From Eubacteriales bacterium (GTDB lineage Bacteria; Bacillota; Clostridia; Oscillospirales; CAG-382): 64,000 nucleotides of DNA. Below the pieces are notes generated by a model that was not told the DNA's origin, ran no database searches, and was given only the letters and a program-made list of their open reading frames with translations. The translations under genes were made by a program, and so were the position numbers. Every line of letters begins with the position of its first letter. The stretch's first letter is position 1. The DNA lies in contig JAZQKV010000105.1 in assembly GCA_045542335.1 (NCBI GenBank), forward strand, positions 1,377 to 65,376, read 5' to 3'. This document shows positions 30,130 to 39,819 of this stretch, one piece after another.

Positions 30130-33100
30130 TCAATCAACTTTGTTGTACAGCAATGCGCAGATGCCCACATCGCAGTTTTCTGATTGTTTGAGATTTGCCG
30201 TGGAGGTCGGGAGGTACACATTATTTGAACTTGCGGCATCATAGCCTGTAACTCTCACGGTAACGGTGTGCTCGCCCGGGTTGAGGTCGTCCTCAATATA
30301 ATAGGTTTGTGCGTGATTGTAACGCTGGCTTCCGCCTGCGTTGAACATCTTGTAGTCTCCTCCGTCAACGCTGTATTCCATGATGCCCATGTTGGTAAAC
30401 TTCATGAAAATAAATCCGAAGCTTGAGCCCTTGAACTTAAAGGTCATTGTGTCGCCCGGAATTTTTGATGAGAGATATTTGGCGGAGAGTGTGTTTGTTG
30501 CGCTGTATGAGGTTGTCGCCCAGCTTCCTGTCTTTATAACTTCGCTTGATGCAGGGTCGATAAACGCAGGATTAAGGATAAGATTTGTTTTGAGAGGTGC
30601 GGGCAAGGCTCTTGTTTCAAGGCTTGCTGTGGCAGGACGCTTGTTGCCGATGAGATACGGCTCAAAGCGGTCACGCATGATGCGTGTGTAAAGCTCATAG
30701 CCTGCGGTGTTGGGATGGAGATTATCGTTTGTTGTAACCTTGCAATCTCCAACTGCCGTGTTGAGCGCACCGCTGGGACTTCCAACATCAATCACCGGTA
30801 TTCCGTAATACTCGGCAACCTTTATGTGTGCGGCTCGGGGGACGGTATATCCCGAAAGTGCCGTGAGAAGAATGCATATATCGGCGTTGGGATTGATTTT
30901 GTAAACATTAAGAATAAGGCTTTCCATGAGCATTTCAATGTGCGCCTGACCAAAGGTATTGAAATCGTTTACGGCGTATTCAAGGAACACAAGGTCGGGT
31001 ACATTCTCCGTCTTTCTCATGAGTTGCGACTCAAGACGGAAGATACCGTAGTTTGAGCCTGTGTTACCTATACCTGCCTGAACATAGTTGATTTCGGCTT
31101 CGGGGAAAGCAGAACACATCCAGTCATAGAACTGTTCATCGTAGCCATAGTATTTGTTTCCGGAGTTTGCGGTGATGGAGCCGCCGATGTAGCCGATATT
31201 GAGCTTCTTTTCAATGGTGAGCTTGTAATAAGTGTTTGCAAAGCTCATTGTGCGGCTTTTCTCATTCCTCATGATGTCGGTTTCACTCATTCCGAGGTTT
31301 GCCTTTATCTGTGCAATTCCGGAAACATTGTATGAACTGTCTTCAAAAATGTCTGCTTTTTCCAGGACTTCATCGGAAACCGTGGATGAAAATGTTCTCA
31401 GGTAAATTACAAGGTCGTCAATATCAACGCTGCCGCTTGAGTCGATGTCGCCGGGGTAAAGGAGGTCTGCATCTATTTCGATGTTTCTGCCGGAATAAAT
31501 TTCAAGGTTATCGTAAATGTAAGGAATATAGCCGGGTTTTCTGATTTCCACGGTGTATGTGCCGATGGGAATATTCGGGACGGAATAGCTTCCGTTTACT
31601 CCGTTTTCGGTTACTGTGGGAGTAAACACGATTCCGGGATTATCTTTGCCTGTAATTGTGACGACTGCGGGATTGAGGTTGCTTCCCGCACGCATGGTGG
31701 TGAAAATACCGGTTAAAGTCTGTGTGGTGTTTTCGGGAGTGGGTGTGGGGATTGCATCAAAGCTGACCTTTACCGTCACGGTATCAGCCTTGTCGTTAAG
31801 CTCGGCTGTGAGGCTCTTGTAGGTGGAGTGTTTGTTGTTTGCATTGACGTTGATACCGTCGAGGAGATCCCCGGCATTAAAGGTCAGTCCGTCAGCACCG
31901 GAGGAGAGTGTGACAGTTGCGGTGTACTCGGTGTCATACTCAAACTTTGTGTGTGCAGGAGACCAGATAATATCGCTTGCGGTGCAGTTGCCGATTTCGT
32001 TGTATGTGTTTGCGCCGCCGGTTTGCACGACCTTTGTGATGGGAGTCATGCCGTAGCGGGGAGGAGTGATGACAAAAGCCGCACTGAGTGATTGCTCATT
32101 CTCATAGGAAATTGTGTGAGAGCCTTTGGAAAGTGTGTAAATATTGGAATCGTTCTTTGCAAGCTCGATGCCGTCAACAACAATGGGAAGTGCGGAGCTT
32201 GAGGGAACAATTGAAAACGAAACTGTGCCGTCGGAATTGTAAACCGGCTTCACCGTTCCGTTCTTCTGATTGTAGATAACGTAATCAAAGGAACTTGCGG
32301 TAAAGGCAGGTGTAAGTCCGTTATTGGCGATGGCGATTCTGCTTCCGTCAATACGGTTTTTGGTTGTGATTTTTCCTGTCACACTGCCGCCGTTTATTTC
32401 GACGTAAACATTGCCGTCAATACCGGGTGTGTAGGTTGTTTCAACCTTGTTTTCGGTGATAGTTACCGCTTCTGTTGCTGCCTTATTTGCACCGAGAGTC
32501 ACGTTTCCGCTTACCGTACCACCGTTGATAATCACGTTTACGTCACCCGTTATAGGTCCGTATGCATACGTTGTTACAATTGACGCCGAGATTGTTCCGC
32601 TGTTTACGGTAAGGTTGATGTCACCGTCCACAAGAGCGGAGTTTGTTCTCATGGTAGGAGCTTTTGAGTAATATGAGCCGAGTATAAACTCAGAAGCTTT
32701 TATGAGCTGTGCACCGTCAATTATCCAGTTGAGATCACCTTCATATATTGCGCCGCCAAGCTCTCCACCGTAGGTGAGACCGAGGATACCGCCGTTAAGC
32801 TCTGCGGTTACGGTGCCGTTTGTACCTGTATACACAGATGGCGAAAACTGAAGATGTGCCGAAGAACTAACTCCGTCGGCGTATGTAACTTCAACATTCT
32901 CTCCTATAACAAAGTGACTTGCAATTGAACGAATGCTCTTGTAAGGCTCGGCAACAACAATGCCGATGTTATCAATGACGGTATCGCCCTTAAACTCCAT
33001 GCTGGCATCAAAAATAACTCTTCCATCGTTGTAGCCATATATTTCAACTTTTGCACGTCCTGAATTATCAACCCATTTGCTTGCTTTTGGGGAATAGTCG

Positions 33101-34626
33101 CCACAGATGTAAACACGTCCGCCGTTTGTTGCATCAAACTTTGCAAAGGCTGTTCCGACAGTTGCAAACGCTGTTGCAGGTGTAAGACCGTCATGTGATG
33201 TGTCGTTACCGTTTGTGCTGTCAACATAATATGCGTTTCCATAGATGTAGCTTAAGCCGGTGGTATTTATCTTTTTGAGAAGGGTTTCCTTGTTGCCGGG
33301 ATAGTCGACGTAGTCAATTGAAATTTCAGATGTATCCGAGGTGGCAAGATTCTGCAAAATCTTTGTTGATCCGTTACTGCCGGTAAATGTACCGCCGTTG
33401 ATTTCAAGGGAAAGGTTGCCGGAAAGATACTGTGCCTGATTTTTCACACCGTAAATATAATGTACACTTCCGCCGTTTATAACTGTGTTTACATCGCCGT
33501 TGACAGAGGCATAATAAAGAGTGTTTCCGTCGGTATCGGTTGTTGTGCTTCCACCGTAGCCGACAACATTGAAGGTTGTTATTGTACCGCCGTTGATTTC
33601 GGTATAAATATTGCCGTTTATGGCATGGTAGCCGTCTTTCTTTCCTGCCTGAGTACCTGCGGTAAAACTGTTTATCTTACCGCCGTTAATTGTCCACTTG
33701 ACGTTTCCGTTGACAGTTGTCCAGCCGTAACCCGAGGCATAAACATTGTCGTATGTTCCTCTGTTGATAATAACCTCGCCGCCGTCAAAAGTTCCGCCGT
33801 CGCCTGTCGCCATGAGCTGTGTGACAACGCCAGATACATCGGTGCCGGTATACTTTGTGATAACAAAATCCGTGTAATTCGGGTCGCCGAGGGTGAGCTT
33901 GTTACCTTGAGCGTAAATGCCGGGATAGCTGCCTGCGGTCTGATATAGGGTCATATCACGAAGCTCGGTTGAATTCATGTGAAATCTTATGGATTTTTCC
34001 ATTTCAATGGTGGAATCAGCATCCCAACCCATGATAACAACATTTGCGTTTTCAAAGCCTTTGCCGATGTCGCCGCTTACTGTGACATAATCCTTGACGA
34101 CAATAACTCCGTCATCGCCAAGAGCCGCAAGTGCCTTGTTGATGGTTGCATAGGGCTTTTCGTAATTGCCCTCGGCGTAGTCCTCAACGAGGTCACTGCC
34201 GTTGTCGTCAATGTAGACGGCATTTTTGGGGATAACATAGGTGAAAAATGTGTAGGTGAGTGTCTTGCCGTCGGCTGAAAGAGATGTGTTCTCGGTTGCT
34301 GTGGCAAGAGAGGACGCAAAAACATAGCCCTCGGGCGCAGTATAGGCGGCGGTGTACCTGAGAAGCTCGCCTGTTTGCGCTTTGTCACCAAAAGTGAAAT
34401 TCAAGCCTGTCCATGTAGGAGTGAGGGTAATGCCGTCAACGTCGGTTGAGGTTGCATTGGAGTACCCTGTGGGGAGATTTACTTTGTTTCCCTCAACGAT
34501 TCCGTAAATTTTTGAGGGAAGAGTGGTTAGAGATGTGATTTGCGCATCTTCTGCCAAAACGCTTTGGAAAACTGCAAAGGGGATGCACATTACAAGTGCA
34601 AGAAAAAGTGCAAGAAATTTCTTCAT
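30130..34626 (-). CDS. 1498-aa secreted multidomain protein: repeated beta-helix/Ig-like modules, X-module + dockerin-like unit, SGNH esterase, C-terminal beta-sandwich
   Basis: Signal peptide MKKFLALFLALVMC; two ...YID...PYATINKA / YVD...AFATVGTA modules with GGTI repeats; PGDIDSSGSVDIDD dockerin loop; SGNH blocks GGSIT, GNTGS, EYAVND, DNLHP. Confidence 0.78.
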   Translation of the reverse strand: MKKFLALFLALVMCIPFAVFQSVLAEDAQITSLTTLPSKIYGIVEGNKVNLPTGYSNATSTDVDGITLTPTWTGLNFTFGDKAQTGELLRYTAAYTAPEGYVFASSLATATENTSLSADGKTLTYTFFTYVIPKNAVYIDDNGSDLVEDYAEGNYEKPYATINKALAALGDDGVIVVKDYVTVSGDIGKGFENANVVIMGWDADSTIEMEKSIRFHMNSTELRDMTLYQTAGSYPGIYAQGNKLTLGDPNYTDFVITKYTGTDVSGVVTQLMATGDGGTFDGGEVIINRGTYDNVYASGYGWTTVNGNVKWTINGGKINSFTAGTQAGKKDGYHAINGNIYTEINGGTITTFNVVGYGGSTTTDTDGNTLYYASVNGDVNTVINGGSVHYIYGVKNQAQYLSGNLSLEINGGTFTGSNGSTKILQNLATSDTSEISIDYVDYPGNKETLLKKINTTGLSYIYGNAYYVDSTNGNDTSHDGLTPATAFATVGTAFAKFDATNGGRVYICGDYSPKASKWVDNSGRAKVEIYGYNDGRVIFDASMEFKGDTVIDNIGIVVAEPYKSIRSIASHFVIGENVEVTYADGVSSSAHLQFSPSVYTGTNGTVTAELNGGILGLTYGGELGGAIYEGDLNWIIDGAQLIKASEFILGSYYSKAPTMRTNSALVDGDINLTVNSGTISASIVTTYAYGPITGDVNVIINGGTVSGNVTLGANKAATEAVTITENKVETTYTPGIDGNVYVEINGGSVTGKITTKNRIDGSRIAIANNGLTPAFTASSFDYVIYNQKNGTVKPVYNSDGTVSFSIVPSSSALPIVVDGIELAKNDSNIYTLSKGSHTISYENEQSLSAAFVITPPRYGMTPITKVVQTGGANTYNEIGNCTASDIIWSPAHTKFEYDTEYTATVTLSSGADGLTFNAGDLLDGINVNANNKHSTYKSLTAELNDKADTVTVKVSFDAIPTPTPENTTQTLTGIFTTMRAGSNLNPAVVTITGKDNPGIVFTPTVTENGVNGSYSVPNIPIGTYTVEIRKPGYIPYIYDNLEIYSGRNIEIDADLLYPGDIDSSGSVDIDDLVIYLRTFSSTVSDEVLEKADIFEDSSYNVSGIAQIKANLGMSETDIMRNEKSRTMSFANTYYKLTIEKKLNIGYIGGSITANSGNKYYGYDEQFYDWMCSAFPEAEINYVQAGIGNTGSNYGIFRLESQLMRKTENVPDLVFLEYAVNDFNTFGQAHIEMLMESLILNVYKINPNADICILLTALSGYTVPRAAHIKVAEYYGIPVIDVGSPSGALNTAVGDCKVTTNDNLHPNTAGYELYTRIMRDRFEPYLIGNKRPATASLETRALPAPLKTNLILNPAFIDPASSEVIKTGSWATTSYSATNTLSAKYLSSKIPGDTMTFKFKGSSFGFIFMKFTNMGIMEYSVDGGDYKMFNAGGSQRYNHAQTYYIEDDLNPGEHTVTVRVTGYDAASSNNVYLPTSTANLKQSENCDVGICALLYNKVD

Positions 34627-34680
34627 GTTTTTTCTCTCCTTTAAACTTGAATGTATATTTACATGGAAAAATACAGTTAC

Positions 34681-34709
34681 ATTTTACCATGTTTAAAGAG
34701 GTTTGTCAA
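34681..34709 (-). promoter_or_regulatory. SigA-type promoter of the 1498-aa gene
   Basis: TTGACA-N17-TAAAAT on the minus strand, about 55 nt upstream of the ATG. Confidence 0.7.
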
Positions 34710-34865
34710 CGACGTTAACTAAAGTTGTACATATCGAACAAAAAATGCAGGTCTTGTTTGTTTAATACAACAAGTTTTGTGTTGAAAACTATCAGAATAT
34801 GCCGTTGTAATCAATGCCGTGAACTAAAGATCCTGGTATGGTAAAAATCTGCTTCAAATAAATTC

Positions 34866-34894
34866 AAGGTGTGTCTTTCAAAAACACACCCCTT
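34866..34894. repeat. Degenerate palindrome resembling the REP-like family core
   Basis: AAGGTGTGTCTTTC-aa-AAACACACCCCTT, just past the stop of the small Cys-rich gene. Confidence 0.35.
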
Positions 34895-34918
34895 ACAGGT
34901 CATGATTAAGTTCGCATA

Positions 34919-35107
34919 TTATATAAACAGCGTGCACCCCTGATTTCTGAATCTTTCAATCATTTCAAGCAGGTCTTTCCGAGAAAGCTTAAAATGCTCG
35001 CCCAGGCAGTCAAGACACATAAATTCCGTGGCGGCACGGCTGACAATTTTTCTGTGCAGGGAAATTTCGTCAGAAACAAGTCCTTTTCCGCATTTCATGC
35101 ATTTCAT
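34919..35107 (-). CDS. Small Cys-rich hypothetical protein (CxxC...CxxC...GCTLF)
   Basis: 62 aa, ATG with an upstream AAGGA-like SD, 27 nt downstream of the GH27 gene; putative Zn-binding. Confidence 0.65.
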   Translation of the reverse strand: MKCMKCGKGLVSDEISLHRKIVSRAATEFMCLDCLGEHFKLSRKDLLEMIERFRNQGCTLFI

Positions 35108-35134
35108 TTGTGTTTCACTTCCGTCCTTGCCGTC

Positions 35135-36280
35135 TTAAATGTTTACTTGAACCTTGGCACGGAAGACAACGCTCTGATGCGGCTTGAGACGATAGTTGAA
35201 ATAGTCCTTCACGCCAACGGTGGTTTCGCCTGTGTAAAGATTCTTGAGAGTGAATTCTGCGCCGGAATGAGCCGGGAAACCGAGGGCATCAGGATAGAAC
35301 CAGCCGCTTCGTTCATTTTCAGTGAAGTTGAACATTCCAATGGCGTAATCGCCGCCACACAAAAGCTTTGCAAGAACAAGCATATCCGGGTCGCACAAAT
35401 TGGAATGGATACGAAGAACAGGACGGCAATCGGGGTCCTGATTTATTTTTATAAGTTCCTTGTTTTGCATGAGCTTCTCGTTGAACTCGTCGCAGTTTTT
35501 AAGGTCTGCGCCCATGATAAGGGGTGTTCCGAGCATACACCAAAGTCCGAAATGAGTTTCAAACTCCTCGTTTGTGGGGATTTTGTCAACCTGAATTGCG
35601 CATCTGCCCTCTTTTGTAACGCCGCAGATGAGCATATCAATGTCGTTGAAGCAGCCCTGACTTGAAAGATAGAACTTGTCAAACTGTCGCATTCCGATTT
35701 CCTTGATTGACGGATAGTGATTGAGAATGTCAACATCGGAACGGTACATATGCGCGCCAATCTGCTTCATCCATTCGCCGGGATTTTCCACGCCCCAGTT
35801 GCAGGCAGAGAAAAGAATGTCACGACCACAGGTGCGAAGTGCATTTGACATTGTAAGATATGCCATTTTGCAGTTGCCGCCGTCGGGAAAGTGACAGTAG
35901 TCATATTTGAGGTAGTCAATACCCCATTCCGCAAAGGTTTTTGCATCAACAAATTCATATCCGCAGCTTCCGGGATAGCCGCCGCAGGTGAGCACGCCTG
36001 CGCAGGAATAAATGCCCATTTTAAGTCCCTTTGAGTGAACGTAATCGGCAACATATTTCATTCCGTGAGGGAATTTCTGAGGATCGGGAACAAGCTTTCC
36101 TGCCTCGTTTCTGTGTTTTGTCGACCAGGTATCGTCAATGACAACATATTCATAGCCGCAATCTTTGTAGCCCTTTTCAACCATTGCATCTGCCGCCTCA
36201 AGCACCGCCTGTTCACAAACGTTGAAGCCGTAGGTATTCCATGAGTTCCAACCCATTGGGGGAGTTATGAGATTAAGCAT
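35135..36280 (-). CDS. Alpha-galactosidase, GH27
   Basis: TPPMGWNSWN, YVVIDDTW, GIDYLKYDYC, FNDIDML and a C-terminal beta-sandwich. No signal peptide. Confidence 0.9.
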   Translation of the reverse strand: MLNLITPPMGWNSWNTYGFNVCEQAVLEAADAMVEKGYKDCGYEYVVIDDTWSTKHRNEAGKLVPDPQKFPHGMKYVADYVHSKGLKMGIYSCAGVLTCGGYPGSCGYEFVDAKTFAEWGIDYLKYDYCHFPDGGNCKMAYLTMSNALRTCGRDILFSACNWGVENPGEWMKQIGAHMYRSDVDILNHYPSIKEIGMRQFDKFYLSSQGCFNDIDMLICGVTKEGRCAIQVDKIPTNEEFETHFGLWCMLGTPLIMGADLKNCDEFNEKLMQNKELIKINQDPDCRPVLRIHSNLCDPDMLVLAKLLCGGDYAIGMFNFTENERSGWFYPDALGFPAHSGAEFTLKNLYTGETTVGVKDYFNYRLKPHQSVVFRAKVQVNI

Positions 36281-36457
36281 GAATTTGAACCTCCTAAAAG
36301 TACTTTTGTTTGAAATAATTATACCATGCTATTTGTGCTTTTTCAATGGCAAACAGTAACGCATTTCATGTCATTTTGTAACATAACAAAAAGCGGGCAT
36401 CCCAACGGGACACCCGAAAAAACATATTTATCTCACGTTTTGCCGCAACACTTGATT

Positions 36458-37114
36458 TTAAGCTTTGGCATCGTTGCTTTCGACATCGTCGCCTGCGCTT
36501 TCTGCGCTATCCTTGCCGTTGATAAAATCGGCAAATTCCGTGATAATTTCCCAAAGCTCATCTCTGCCCTCTTTGGTCTGTGAGGAAAATGGAATTATAA
36601 CAACATCCTCCGGAATCTCCGGATGGTTTTCAAGGGTCCCGATGCAAAGATTGCGGTTCGTTTTGTTGAGCTTGTCAGCCTTGGTTGCAACAATTGCAAA
36701 GGGGAGATCCTGTTGCTTGAGAAAGTCAAGCATAACAAGGTCATCCTTGGTAAGACCTACCTTTAAGTCAACAAGCTGAAGAAACAGAATCTGCGTGTCA
36801 AGTGAAAAATACTTGTCAAACAGCTTGCTCCATTTGTCCCTTTCGCTGAAAGAACGCTTGGCGTATCCGTAGCCGGGCAGGTCAACAAGATAAAGCTCGT
36901 TGTCAACATCATAGAAATTCGCCGTGATTGTTTTCCCCGGCTCTGCACTTACACGGGCAAGCTTTTTCCTGCCGAGAAGCGTATTTATAAGTGAGCTTTT
37001 TCCCACATTTGATCTTCCGCAGAACGCCACCTGAGGTAAATCTGTTCTTATTATTCCCGGCAACTGCGAGGGAAGACCTGCGGTCATAACAAGGTTTACG
37101 TTGTTGAGATTCAT
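36458..37114 (-). CDS. engB: Ribosome biogenesis GTPase YsxC/EngB
   Basis: GRSNVGKSSLIN, PGKT, DLPGYG, TKADK; follows lon. Confidence 0.95.
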   Translation of the reverse strand: MNLNNVNLVMTAGLPSQLPGIIRTDLPQVAFCGRSNVGKSSLINTLLGRKKLARVSAEPGKTITANFYDVDNELYLVDLPGYGYAKRSFSERDKWSKLFDKYFSLDTQILFLQLVDLKVGLTKDDLVMLDFLKQQDLPFAIVATKADKLNKTNRNLCIGTLENHPEIPEDVVIIPFSSQTKEGRDELWEIITEFADFINGKDSAESAGDDVESNDAKA

Positions 37115-37133
37115 AAATACACCTCCGTCTTGT

Positions 37134-39461
37134 TTATTTTACAAGTGCAGTGTTCAGAACATCGTCTATTTTTTCTGCAAGAACAAATTTGATGTTTTGC
37201 TTGACAATGGGGTCAATTTCTTCAAGGTCTGGTTTGTTGTCCATGGGGATAATAACGGTTTTCATGCCTGCTTTGTATGCCGCCATGGTTTTCTCTTTAA
37301 GACCGCCGATGGGGAGGACTCTGCCGGTGAGGGTTATTTCACCTGTCATGGCAACATCGCCTCGCACGGACTTCCCGGAAAGCTCGGAAACAAGGGCAGT
37401 TGTCATGGTGACGCCTGCCGAGGGACCATCCTTAGGAACAGCTCCTTCGGGAACATGAATGTGTATGTCAAGAGCTTTGTGGAAATCGTCCTTTATGCCA
37501 AGCTCGCAGCTGTGCTTTCTTATGTAGCTTACCGCCGCCTTTGCCGATTCTTTCATAACATCACCGAGCTTACCTGTGAGCTCAAGCTTGCCTGTGCCCT
37601 CCATGCTCACCGCTTCAACCTGAAGAATGTCGCCTCCAAGCTCTGTCCAGGCAAGTCCGTTTACAACGCCTTTGAGATTCTCCTTTTGGGTTTCGGGTTC
37701 TTTCACCTTTTCAGGTCCAAGATAATCCGCAAGGTTTTTCGGAGTTATTTTATAGGACTTTTTGCCGCTTTCAACAATTTTAAGTGCAACCTTTCTGCAA
37801 AGGGAGGCAATCTCCTTTGAAAGATTTCGCACGCCTGCTTCTTTAGTGTATTTATCAATGAGCATAACTGCCGCTTCCTCGGAAATGTTCAGGTTGCGCT
37901 TTGTGAGTCCATGACGCTTGAGCTCCTTGGGAAGCAGATGATTTTTCATAATTGAAAGCTTTTCAGTGGGGGTGTAAGACGAAAGGGAGATTATCTCCAT
38001 TCTGTCAATAAGGGGACGGGGAACGGTTTCAAGAGTGTTTGCAGTTGCGATGAACATACACTCGGAAAGGTTTATGGGAAGCTCAATGAAATGGTCACGG
38101 AACTCCTTGTTCTGATCCGGGTCAAGCACCTCAAGAAGTGCCGCCGACGGGTCGCCGTGGGAATCTCTTGTCAGCTTGTCAATTTCGTCAAGAAGAATAA
38201 CTGGATTCATTGCGCCTGCCTGCTTTATTGCTTCGGCAATTCGTCCGGGCATTGATGCAACATATGTCTTTCTGTGACCTCTTATGTCCGCTTCATCTCT
38301 TATGCCGCCCAGGGAAACACGCACAAATTTTCGTCCCGTTGCCCTTGCAATTGAGGAAGCAACCGAGGTTTTTCCAACGCCGGGAGGGCCAACAAAGCAA
38401 AGAATCTGACTTTTAAGGTCGGGAGAAATCTGCTTTACAGCAATGTATTCAAGGATTCGCTCTTTGATTTTGTCAAGTCCGTCGTGATCCTCGTCAAGAA
38501 TCTTTCTTGCGGCGGCAACATCATAACGTTCTTTTGTCATGATGTCCCAGGGAAACTCAAGACAGGTGTCGAGATAGTTGCGCATAATGGTGCTGTCGGC
38601 AGAGCTGTAAGGAGTTTTGGAAAGCTTTGTACATTCCTTGTCAAGCTTTTCACGCACTACCTCGTTGGTGATCTTTGCGATTTTTTCACGGTATTCGACA
38701 ATTTCCTCGTCGTATTCCTCGCCCTCGCCAAGCTCGTTTCTTATTACACTCAACTGTTCACGCAGATAACGCTCTTTCTGAAGACCATCAATTCGGGAAC
38801 GCACCTTTGCATGAATATCATATTCTGCCTTTAAAACCTCGTCTTCGTTTTCAAGAAGAACAATTGCCTTTTCAAGACGCTTTATGGGGTCAAATTCTTC
38901 AAGCACCTCTTGCTTGTCGGGGAATCTGTAAAGGAAATTTGAAGCAACAAAATCTGCAAGCATACCGGGATCTCTTATGCTTTGCGCTGTGACGATTATC
39001 TCATCCGAAACCTTTGGAAGAATTTCGATGTGCTTTTCTATTTTGGAAAGTGTTTCCCGAATGAGTGCCTCGCCACGGACTCCGCCGCTTTCTGATACAA
39101 ATGTGTCCTTGATATAGACACGGCATTTCATGTGCGGCTCATAGCACACAAAGGATTTTACAATCGCACGCCCCGATGCCTCAACGATAAGGCGGTAGCT
39201 TTCATCGGGAAGCTTCATTGCCTGCTTGATTTCGGCAACAACGCCGACGGTGTACATATTCTCCTCAATGGGTGAGTCAATTCCGGGGTCGTTTTGTGTA
39301 CACAAAAATACACGTCCGAGCTCTTGCGCTTCCCGCATTGCAAGAACGGATTTAGACCTTTTGATTTCAAAGCTGACGGGAAGTCCCGGAAAAACAACAA
39401 GTCCCCTCAGGGGAATTACCGGAAGCACTGCTTCGTCAATTTTTTCTATAAATCTGCTCAT
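37134..39461 (-). CDS. lon: ATP-dependent Lon protease
   Basis: GPPGVGKTS, LLDEIDK, PKDGPSAG catalytic Ser, PIGGLKEKTMAA. Confidence 0.97.
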   Translation of the reverse strand: MSRFIEKIDEAVLPVIPLRGLVVFPGLPVSFEIKRSKSVLAMREAQELGRVFLCTQNDPGIDSPIEENMYTVGVVAEIKQAMKLPDESYRLIVEASGRAIVKSFVCYEPHMKCRVYIKDTFVSESGGVRGEALIRETLSKIEKHIEILPKVSDEIIVTAQSIRDPGMLADFVASNFLYRFPDKQEVLEEFDPIKRLEKAIVLLENEDEVLKAEYDIHAKVRSRIDGLQKERYLREQLSVIRNELGEGEEYDEEIVEYREKIAKITNEVVREKLDKECTKLSKTPYSSADSTIMRNYLDTCLEFPWDIMTKERYDVAAARKILDEDHDGLDKIKERILEYIAVKQISPDLKSQILCFVGPPGVGKTSVASSIARATGRKFVRVSLGGIRDEADIRGHRKTYVASMPGRIAEAIKQAGAMNPVILLDEIDKLTRDSHGDPSAALLEVLDPDQNKEFRDHFIELPINLSECMFIATANTLETVPRPLIDRMEIISLSSYTPTEKLSIMKNHLLPKELKRHGLTKRNLNISEEAAVMLIDKYTKEAGVRNLSKEIASLCRKVALKIVESGKKSYKITPKNLADYLGPEKVKEPETQKENLKGVVNGLAWTELGGDILQVEAVSMEGTGKLELTGKLGDVMKESAKAAVSYIRKHSCELGIKDDFHKALDIHIHVPEGAVPKDGPSAGVTMTTALVSELSGKSVRGDVAMTGEITLTGRVLPIGGLKEKTMAAYKAGMKTVIIPMDNKPDLEEIDPIVKQNIKFVLAEKIDDVLNTALVK

Positions 39462-39661
39462 TTTCTGTGTAAGTCCTCGTTAAAAATAATTTGTAATGTC
39501 GGCGGCAAGTGTGGCTTTTCGGAAGAAAGCGAAGACACTTTTCTGCGTTTACCAAAATCGGCAGACAGACGGTGAAAAGCAACCGTGAAGTCTGCCGAAA
39601 ATTTCAAAATAAAATTTCGTGTCCGACATTTTTGCATATCCGCAAATAAACATCAACCTTT

Positions 39662-39690
39662 ATTATACATCGGAGCTTTGTGCCTTTCAA
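39662..39690 (-). promoter_or_regulatory. SigA-type promoter of lon
   Basis: TTGAAA-N17-TATAAT with TG, about 200 nt upstream of the lon ATG. Confidence 0.65.
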
Positions 39691-39819
39691 CATTTTACGG
39701 TGAATTAAACGTTAATAAAATGATAAATCCGTTATGTAAGGTGTGATGCAAAAGCTATGTGGTTGCAACTGTGCAAGCAAAAAAGGAAACCGTGTGCGGC
39801 TTCCTTAAATGCGTATCTG

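Noticed and set aside
34800-34860. Segment resembling the 3' half of a c-di-GMP-I (GEMM) riboswitch (GCCGTGAACTAAAG...TATGGTA)
   Set aside because: The 5' GGCAAA...GAAA hairpin is missing and no downstream gene lies on that strand.
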